Shown here piece after piece: positions 54,460-64,000 of a stretch of 64,000 bases of DNA. The stretch is from assembly GCF_902459465.1 (NCBI RefSeq), contig NC_047076.1, positions 1,240,001-1,304,000 of the forward strand, in the 5' to 3' direction. This DNA comes from Asterias rubens (lineage: Eukaryota). The notes beneath the pieces are model-generated. The model had not been told where the DNA came from. It did no database searches and saw only the letters and a list, made by a program, of their open reading frames with translations. Position 1 is the stretch's first letter. Every line of letters begins with the position of its first letter. The translations under genes were made by a program, and so were the position numbers.

Positions 54460-54800
54460 TCAGTCAAGACAATTTAAAAACTTTTTTTAGCAATAACCCA
54501 GATTTGTTGAACTTAATAAAACAGCACCAGAGGCCTACTCTTTTGTGTTGTTTTTGCGTCTGGTTCCACGTCCCAAAAGATTCAAATGGGAAAAACAAAG
54601 GAAATGTTTCATGTTGCCCAACTAGCGGATTTCCCAGATTTTCTTTCATCCGTCTTGAGTTATCAATCAGACGTTGTCTTAAGATTGATATTATGTTCTC
54701 ACTGGACACCTGTCTGTCTTCAAGAAATTGTTCAGCGTCTTCTAAGAGATTATTCAGGTGTAGCAGTTTGCATTGGTTTCGATCAGATTCACATGCAGGT
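54460..54800 (+). pseudogene. Degenerate AID/APOBEC-like (APOBEC4-like) cytidine deaminase remnant
   Basis: Two overlapping frames give LKTFFSNN...RPTLLCC, then (after a +1 shift) FHVAQLADFPDFLSSVLSYQSDVVLRLILCSHWTP-VC-LQEIVQRLLRDYSGVAVCIGFDQIH. Order and spacing resemble APOBEC4 (HPE...YLDSAI...IILYSNNSPC...FLITYPGITLSIYFSQLYH). HxE and PCxxC are both damaged. Alignment by eye only. Confidence 0.55.
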
Positions 54801-56097
54801 AATCAATATAATATTGAACATCCCAAAAGAAAAATGTCAAACATAATTTTCTAGAGAATTCATAACATTCAACAACTGCCCCCATTTGAGTGTTACGGCT
54901 GCTCTCCTATCGAACATAAATACTTTTTCATTCGTTATTATGAAATAAAATAGTAAATGGGATAAGTTCCTTTTTGTAAAAATTACTGAAAAAAATGGTG
55001 GCAGGATATGAAAAGTTTTCCACTTTCACTTTCAAAACTGTGTTTGTTAATGATTGTACTCACCAATTTAAACTCTGCAGTCCTCTGACAGAAAAAGTTA
55101 GTCCAAAATCGGCACAGCGATGGAAAAACTGGAGAAGCTGCAACAAGGAAAAGCTCTCCCCCGACAGTTTTGACAAATCAACCCACGGACTATCTCTTCC
55201 AAGAATGGAGAGAGAGTCACTCGCTGATTGGAACTGTAAATATCCACATGGATTATAGACGGGTACCGATGCACGTTTCAGTTGAACAAAATATCCCGTT
55301 GGTGAGTGAAAATAAGCCCGGAATTGCACCCCAAGGTTACCTTACGAGCCGTGGTGGCTCCAGCAGCGTGCTTGCGTGACTTCAATCCCCCGTACTTTGT
55401 GAGCTCTCGACCCCCCAACACACCTCGCCTGTGACGTCTGGGAGCCCGGTGCATGCGGGAAACTTGTAGTCAAGTTGACTATGGGTTTCTTTAGCAGGTC
55501 TTAATGCTGGAAATGTCATGGGTATAGAGGAACAGAGACAGTTCTAGGGGGTAGGGCGGAGCCGTGGTGCTCAGAGGGTGATTAGAGGAGGGGGAAATGT
55601 TTGTGACTCACCGGGTAAAACGTGCTGTGGCAGACTCTCTCAACGTATATAGCTCGTACTTCAACAACAAGTTTCTTCGCACTGTTTTGAACATCACTCA
55701 CAAACCATCAAAAGTCAACCCTAAAATATCACCTCCTCACTGCAAACTGGTGATGCAGTTCTGGGACTACATTTAGATTCCACCTCTGCATGCACGACCC
55801 AAAATATGTATGCACACCCCTGATACCACGAAATAAAATGAAACTAGAAGACAAGTTGCTCCATGCGTTAATCTAGACAGTGATGCCTAGTGCTTTATTT
55901 GGTTATTATTAATTCGTGACACGTGACCTTTGACACGAATGACGAAGTTGGACAAAAATTACTAACAAACTTAAACTAAGCATAATGTGGTAAAACCAGA
56001 CGAAAAGCTCTCTAAAAAAGCATTAATTTGTGGTCTTTTAAATTCACAAATAAATAATACCATGTGACTTAAATAACTTCTTAATAGGCAAATTATC

Positions 56098-56295
56098 GAC
56101 CAATCACGAAAGCCGTTACTCGTGAGAAAAGATCAGGAATGTATGACCAATGGAACGGTTCGTTTCATGAGCAGTATCTCAATATCACTGACCAATGATG
56201 ACGGCTGTTGCATGTGAGTTAATAAAATATGGAAAGCATCGACCAATCGAAGGCCGTTACTTATGAATAAACTATACCAAAAACTTCTGACCAAT
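56098..56295. promoter_or_regulatory. Periodic array of five GACCAAT (CCAAT/Y-box-like) motifs
   Basis: GACCAAT at 56098, 56145, 56190, 56241 and 56289 (spacing 45-51 bp). The regulatory role is inferred only. Confidence 0.4.
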
Positions 56296-59200
56296 TTCAC
56301 ATTATTAATCTAAACAAAACAACAAGACAATTCCATCTGTTGTCTTTAAAAACATAGGATAATTTTTGATAACAAATCGATTTCAAATGTTTAAAATAAA
56401 TTTAGGTATAACATTGTTAACTTTGGTAAAATAATTAAGTTCTGGTTTGGTTCAGAGAGGGATATGAGTTTGTTATGCCGATTTATTTACAAGTAAAAAT
56501 TAAGCATATCGCCTATAGGAATACGTTTGTGGCTATAACTTATAAATTATTACAACCGATTCGGAATATTTTTAAATTGATAGTTGTTTTAGTGTTAAGA
56601 ATTATTTCTAAAACCATGGCAGTTTTATGTCACATGTTTTTTTTCCAAGTTGTTTAATCTGACGGCTTTGTTAATTAACCTATATTAAACCTGCGCATAT
56701 TATTTCAATATATAATTACATAATATTATTAATATTTCCGAGTTGTTTTCTTTTTCAATTAAACATCAAAATTAATATATCAAGATTTATCTCTCATTTA
56801 AACTTGTAACTTCAAGTCTGGAATATTAAAATAAATGGAATATTCTGACATTTCATCCGAGTACTGAGATTTGAATGGTCATTTTAAAAGAGCAGTTGCC
56901 AAAATATACAAGATATATAGTTTAGTTACTTGATCATGTAAATCATCTTGCATTTCAAAAACCTTGTAGCACAGCTAAGATTTCAATATTTGCAAAACAA
57001 TAGGCCTGTTTGAAATTTGCTTAGCATAAATAGATCTTGTTTACAGAAACTTGTTACCCACCAAATTTCAGGGGAGGAGTGGTACTCATAACTGGCTCCC
57101 AGCTTAACGTTGCTAAGCTGATATATTATCCTGCTTAGCAGCTCTGAACAACTGTGACCACATCTTCCTTTAAATAATTGTGACATACAAAAATAACTTG
57201 CACGGTTAAATTTTCACGGTTAAATTTACACCAGGCATTGATCGCACTTCTGAAACATATGAACGTACAAATTAGTCTTTTTGCAAATTTTACTTTTTCT
57301 TGAGCTTAATTTGAACTCGAGGTTTTATGTAACAATCAGAAGAAATTTAGTTGTTATTCATGATTAAGTGAGGTTTATTCAAAGTTGTCACCATGGAAAT
57401 GCAAGACTTAAGAGCAGTAAAAACTCTCTGCTCAGATCCTCCAAGATTTTGAGGACTGAAACAAGATATTTCCGTCATCATATTATTTCACAATTTTACA
57501 TACAACTTTAATTGCACGATATTTAATATAGCCACACATACTATGGACATTCATCTACTAATTCATAACTCTACAGAATCATGATTCATTTTATACATGT
57601 CATAAATCTATGTATATTTTACACGTAGTATATATATATGTGATACTACTGCGATTTAACTGTCCCTTTTCCAACCACCATCATTTCGTTAGTAACTTTA
57701 CAACATTTTGTCTAATTACAGTTTTAATTGCAATGTTTTTGCTGAGGCAGTACATTCATTAATCATTAACAAGTTACATCGCTTTAGTTAACTGCAGTTA
57801 CTCCTAACAGGGTCCTACTTCATAGAGCTGCTTAAGCGCAAGAAGTAACTAAGCACAAATATTGCTCTTGAGATCTAGGTTACTAGCCAAAATACCAATC
57901 GACGTGTATGGTCTGTGACTGGTTTCCTGAGCTTAGCAGAAAGCTATTAAGTACAATTGATGGCTTAAGCAGCTCTATGAAATTAGACCCAAGTCTCAAA
58001 GAAATGTGGAATATATAAAGTGGGTTGGACAAAGTATATCTTGACGCCATTTTGATTTGGTTCCTTATGACCAAGGTTATGAAGTTAATCCTATTGACCC
58101 AATTCACCCGACGTCATCATCAGAATAATCTTGGATGAGCCATTTTGGTGGTCAATGTCATTGTGTGTTATTCAGAGAAGTGCACATTTTAGGCGACGCG
58201 GCATTTACACGTAAAGCTGTTGACCACCAACATGGTGAGCGTGCAAGGGGTGAGCGTGCAAGGGGTCAATAAAGGAAATCAGTCCTGTACACCCCAAGCC
58301 TCACTTTGAGTCTCATGTACTTGTGTGAAGGGAAGCTAACATGGCTACAGTAAAACAACCCATTTGAAGCATTAATGAATAACAACTAGCTCCAGTTTCC
58401 ATAGCTTTATTGTGAGTTTAAATTGAAGTAAAGAGATTGTGTTCAAATTTCATTACATGATATTCTTTAAATGATAAGCAATTTAACAAAAATAAATCTG
58501 ATACGAAATTAGGTTGTGTTTAAGTTGGAGTTCAAATTTAACCTCAAAATCTTTCTCAATTCCCAACTTAATTGTACTGCCAAAATGACCTGAATTGGAC
58601 TTTATTCTCTGCTTCCGTCCACTATAGCTGATGGTGTGCTGGAGGTACTGGTAATATCATAAGACTAATTAGAGCATGTGTAATAACCTGTAATATACGG
58701 TGAAACTGTGGGTTCGAAGACAGGATGGGGAGGGATGGCAGGAAGGGCCAGTTTGCCCTCATCCATCATCACCTAGTTTCACATCAGAAAAGAAATTTGC
58801 TTAGCATAGAAACAACTTGCTTAGCAGAGATAGGTTAACCCCTGCTTAGCATAGAAACAATCTTGCTTGGCAGAAACAGGTTACCAGCCAAAATACCATG
58901 TAATGTATACTGATTGTGATGGTTCCCTACTAATATATAAATTAGCAGACATATTTGCTAAGCACCATTTTCTGCTAAGCGGTTTTTGAAAATCAGGTCT
59001 TGGAGGAATGTGACTTAAAATACCCCTTCTCTACCCTTGCTCCTCCCCCTCCTCTACCCTTGCCCCTCCCCTCCAACCTCACCCCTTCCCTATATGTATT
59101 CTATACCATTGTGTCGTTTGAGTTTGAAGAATCTCGTATAGTGATTATTCTTAGATAGGGTCGAGCAAAACAATCTTGACATGACATGAATTACCATAAA

Positions 59201-59919
59201 CTGGAGGTCTTGGAATGTCTTAAGATATTTCCCAGTTGGAAAATCTCTGGGAGTTTAGGTTCATGTGATATTTCACTTCTTAATTAATAATCTAAGAAAA
59301 ACAATGCGTATCTCTTTAAGAAAACTAAAATAAACCTTAAAATGTAAACGCGGTCCGCTCACTTTGTGTGCAGATGTTAAAATAAAATGAGATATATGAG
59401 TTAGCATTGATGTGACTTTTTGTACATTCATGAACATTGTCATGATACCAACTTTTCAGCACATTGTTTGGTTTTTAACTGTCACCTTAACATATTGCAC
59501 TTTGAGTCAGTTGAAATTGACAAAAGAAAATCCCCCAAATAATGGTCTTCTTTCTTTGAGAAAGTTTTACAAAAAGAACAATTGTGAACTTTAAATATTG
59601 AATACTGACCCCTTCTAATTGCCAAATTAACTAGTCATTATAACCTGAAAAGTTCAAATTAAACAACGGAATATACACAATGGCTTTCATAAAAGGGCAG
59701 TTTTACAATCTAGACAATTTTTGGTTGACTTATTGTTGACTTCTGGTTATATTCCCTTTGGAAGAATATTTGACAGTGGCATGATTTGTCTTGAGATGTC
59801 TTCCTTATAACATTTCTTTCTTTTCTTCCATTTACAAACGATGATTTTATCCCTCAAGATGATCTTATCTTTAACGGTGGTTGTAACTTTTCTTGGGAGA
59901 CGGGATTTCAGAGCGAGGC

Positions 59920-61689
59920 TCACTGTGGTAGAGCTTTCAAGATTGCGTTGACTTCCTCCGCTAGGGCCGTCAGGGCAAACTCAAACTGCTCCTGTTGGGG
60001 ACAAAGACAAAAAGAGATGCTTACAATGCTAATTTTGAGTAGTCTGAAAAGACTCAGTAGTTAACGACTGAACGTTCGATCAGTATGCTCTGATCGTCTT
60101 CAGGAGACAGTTTATGTAACAGATGTTATTTTTGCATCAGAATAAAGAAACAAATTTTGTTTACCGTTAAGCCGAGAAAACAGTGCTTACATCGGTGTTA
60201 GGGTAAAAAAACAAATTAAATCTAAGGTAGAAGTTTGTCCACAACTTCACAGTTATTTGGGACAATATCAAAGTTATTCTTATGAAAGGATCAAAAACTA
60301 ATTTTGGGTGAACAAAGTAACATTGACTGCCACATGACCTGAACCAATGACCTTAAAATTAACGTGCCTAATATTAGTGGTCTCCCTATCAAATCTAAAT
60401 AAGTTAATTGTTACGAAAATCAAAATTATTTATTTGTGACATTACAGGCAGTTTGTTCCAATGACTTGGAGAGCATTTTTAAAGATTTATTGTAACTATC
60501 AAAGCTGCAGTGTTTGACTCATAAATTCGACCTACAAAATACATTTCCAATACAACTGAATGAAGAGACTACAAGTATGTTTATAACATTGTTCAATTCC
60601 CCTCCTAAAGAAAATTATTCAACCAAACTAAATGTCGACGACCAACAAATCAAGAACTAATAAATACAAATTAATATATTCATTTAAAAGAGCTTTCATT
60701 TGACAATAAATCCTACGCAGTAAAATAAACATATTGGACAAAAAAAACTCATATTGGACAAAAAAAACTCATATTGGACCAAAAAAAACCTACAGATCAT
60801 AGTCCATAAAAATCAAACTCAACTGGAAAATAAATAAATGACTAAACCTTCCAGTCGTTGGGAAATTCCCATGAGGCAATCAAATATCCGTTCCTTTTAA
60901 AGCCATCTTATCTCTAACTTTAATTTCCTTTACAAAATGTCATTTCCATTTGGCGTGGGACGGATAAGACTTTTAAGATGGTGGGGGGGGGGGGGGGGGG
61001 GGGGTAAAGTTAGAATCACTTCAAGCCAACACCTGAGAACATCAAAGGGCCGTGATTGTCAATTTCAAACGGACAGTAAATTAATCAAGAGGGTATTCCT
61101 CCAACTCCGCTTCCTGTACAGAGTTCAGAGAATTCTTTGCACTTTCAGAGAGCTATTTATAGACGATGTGAACTGTGACATCACATGTTTACAAAAAGAG
61201 CCACCAAGCCTGGACTTCCTGTAGGCATGATTTGTACCCAGCTCAATGGAAGAAAACATAAAATCTTATATTTGATGGAGATTGCACTGTCTAATACTTA
61301 TCAACTATTGATATGATGAAAGGGGGCACATCTCAAAACTTGTCCAACTTTTACTTTCACAACTCTTGGTTTTATGTGGAAATTATGACACAAAATGTCA
61401 ACTTTCCCATAGGACCAGTGTAGTATCTTGCCTGCCAGAATACTCAAAGAATGTACAAGATCACACTTATGTAAACAAAGGTCACATGGTCTATACATTT
61501 GCAAGATACATTCTTCAAGATACGACCTTATTGCTTTGATGTTACTGTACCTTCATTTTGACGGCTCCTGGTCGCTGGTCTCGTATGTGCTCTAGAGTGG
61601 CCGCAATGTCAATCTCCTTGGCCCCCTTCGTCATCCTAGTCAAGACCATATCAACCAAGATGTAGGTCCCAGTGCGACCTACTCCATCA
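59920..61689 (-). CDS. PTPRN2: IA-2 family receptor-type tyrosine phosphatase-like protein (PTPRN/PTPRN2), last two coding exons
   Basis: Exon 61689-61551: (S)[46 protein letters not shown]. Exon 59991-59920: [23 protein letters not shown]. These match the IA-2 C-terminus, including Asp in the CSDGxGR signature. Upstream exons lie beyond the window. Confidence 0.95.
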
Positions 61690-61849
61690 CTGCAGGAGAA
61701 ACAAAGAAGACAAAACAGAAATTAATATCGGGGTCAGAGATGGAGTTCTCCTTGTTTAAATTCAGATTGATAAATTTTTTGAAATCGTTGCGGTACCAGC
61801 TGCTAAGGATTCAAACTGCCTCGGATTGGAACGGGTTAGTTAGCCATCG

Positions 61850-62075
61850 GGCTAGTTCAGTGGTCTAGTGGTAAGACATCTGCTCTAGAAATGCGAAGGT
61901 AGTGGGCTTACATCCCACCCAAGTGACTTGCCTGTGGCTATTTTTTCACAGAACTCTGGAGAGTAGTGGGCTTAAATCCCATCTCAGTGATTTGCTTGAG
62001 GCTATTTATTCACACAGTGCTTAATACACATCTGTGTAATGGTAACAACAAGTTATATTCTTTATCCTGATACAA
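61850..62075 (+). mobile_element. tRNA-derived SINE (CACAGAACTC / CAGTGCTAACACACATC family)
   Basis: Degenerate tRNA-like head. Related copies at about 13870-14035 (-), 16615-16780 (-) and 24135-24280 (+). Confidence 0.65.
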
Positions 62076-64000
62076 AACTAACATCTATTAAAAAGTCTAT
62101 GGTCTTTTTTAGCCCAGTTGAATGTGGACTATTTATGTGGCTGTTGCTGTTAGTTTTTTGTGGTTTGAAACATACATCCACCATTTCCCCAAACTTAGAA
62201 TCAGGCCAACTACATAATTTCCTAAAAGCAGCGTCAACTTTTTACTATCACAGTTTGCTGCGTCATGTTCTATACAAGAATACCAAGATCTGAAACAAGT
62301 CCCCCTCGAGGAGAATATTCCACTCTCTTGGCCTAGGAAGTTCCAACCCAAAGAGTGAATACTCCTTACCGCCCCCGCCCCCCCCCCCCCCCCCTCTATA
62401 CATGAAGCCACATCCACAGAACCAAGATCTTAAACAACTGCCCCTCAAGGAGAACATTCCACACTCTTGGCCTAGAAAATTCCAACACAAAGAGTGAATA
62501 CTCCTCCCCCTCCCCCTGCAGCCAAACCCTCAAGCCTAGCTAGAGAAAGTTTTAGCAGAATGCTGTGTCATCCACACAGCAAACCCTACATTATAAATCA
62601 ACGATCCCAGAATAAGTTTATCCAATCCCAAAATGAGTTTATCAGAGAGAACTGACTTCCCTTTTGGCAAAATTAGAACAAAAGTTTCCCAAGATGGAGA
62701 TGTGTCTTAAAGGATGTTGTCATATGTTACAACTAGAGTCCTGATAAAACAATTGTCTTGTGTGATTAATCATGGATGTACATTCTGACATGTGTATCTT
62801 GATTGTGTAAGTGGGGCTTAACCCTTAGTAGTATTATCAGTATTGTCTGTAAGTAAGTTGATTGATTGGTGGAAATGTACAACTGCTAACAAAAGGCTAT
62901 TTGGGTTCATTCACAGCGTGATATCAAATGCTATAATCCTTTGAATGATATGGAAAGATTAGTCGGAGAGAAGGTCCATTGTTTTTTCGAGATGTATTCA
63001 CTATAAAGCAGGAATTAAATGAAGGCCACAGAGTCAATGGCCCTGTTGCCCAGGTCTTGGCCTTGGTGCCCCTTCTAAAATGTTCTATGTTCTTTAAGAT
63101 TGTCCAATTGAAGGGCCTTTTGCAAAATGAAAAAGGCTATGCCCTCTCAGATAAAATTCAAGGACCGATAAAAAAAACTCAGACATTGGAGCTCTTCTCT
63201 GAAATAAACTGCCCGATTCTATCCAGAACATTGTTTCTCTGGAAACTTCCAAAACAGAACTGACAACACCGCTCTTTACACAAGCACACTGTGTCTAAGT
63301 ATAACTTGATACTTTTTATGGTGGAAGTTAACTCAGATTGAGGTTTGCAGTAGCACCATGTGTAAAACTCTTCTGAGTTAAAACCTTCAGAAGCCCAAAA
63401 CGATGGCATTTTTATGGAAGGTGTGTGAGGGGGAGGGGACACCTTAAAAACCCTTATAACAAAAATTAGCAAATCTCACCAGAGTTTTCTCCCCAACATT
63501 CAACCCCTACACATAACAAAACTTCCTTAAAACCGAAACTGCTCTCTCCATTTCGGGAGCAACGACAAAAAACTAAATCATTGTCGTCGTCGCTGCTAAT
63601 TGGTCTAAATTTTTAATGACGGGGCTGACTGAATCACAACTTTCTGCAGCTCGGAAATGACTCATGTAATTATACAGTTGAAAACCCAGCAGGTCTGATC
63701 CTGCTTTCTCAAACCCCTTTACTGGAACTCATTAGTGCGAGCTAACTGATATTAACAACAGGTGACGTTTTACAAATGAGGACGTTTATTTTCAAGCCGA
63801 TGATCTTGAGAAAATCCTGCAGATGATTTGTAGCTTTTCTCGAGGGGCAACGACATCCTATTTTTGTAGAAATATAAAGTATTATGTTTACTAAGGCTTT
63901 AGGCTACCTTTAGACTTGCAAAATTTGATTAGCAATATGCTGCTTTGTTTTTTCAATTGGCTGTTATGAAAAGATATGACAATAATGAGATTGAGTACGT

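Noticed and set aside
61850-61925. tRNA-like sequences at SINE heads (also about 16120, 16740, 24150 and 53225)
   Set aside because: No complete cloverleaf, and each continues into a shared dispersed-repeat body.
61690-64000. Further PTPRN2 exons
   Set aside because: No sequence encoding the expected upstream ...PIIVHCS exon was found, so it is treated as intron.

Overview
AT-rich, repeat-dense eukaryotic DNA from an invertebrate deuterostome. A sea star or other echinoderm is my inference from the gene and repeat types. Supported genes: the 3' part of a CCDC177-like gene (+, 240-4394), a complete 13-exon NOSTRIN-like F-BAR/HR1/SH3 gene (-, 13529-27769), a tRNA-Asn(GTT) (-), an LRR-Ig transmembrane receptor with an intronless CDS and a tyrosine-motif tail (-, 32688-35120), and the last two coding exons of an IA-2/PTPRN2-like pseudo-phosphatase (-, 59920-61689). 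The rest holds satellites and VNTRs, TTAA-, hAT- and PIF-type MITEs, tRNA-derived SINEs and Penelope-like relics with degenerate hammerhead cores. The most notable leads are decayed AID/APOBEC-like deaminase sequence at about 54.5-54.8 kb (a weaker second copy at about 52.6-53.1 kb) upstream of the LRR-Ig gene, a five-copy tandem repeat that includes the NOSTRIN stop codon, and a 3.2 kb palindromic satellite with structured ends. All homology calls are by eye from remembered family motifs; no searches were run.
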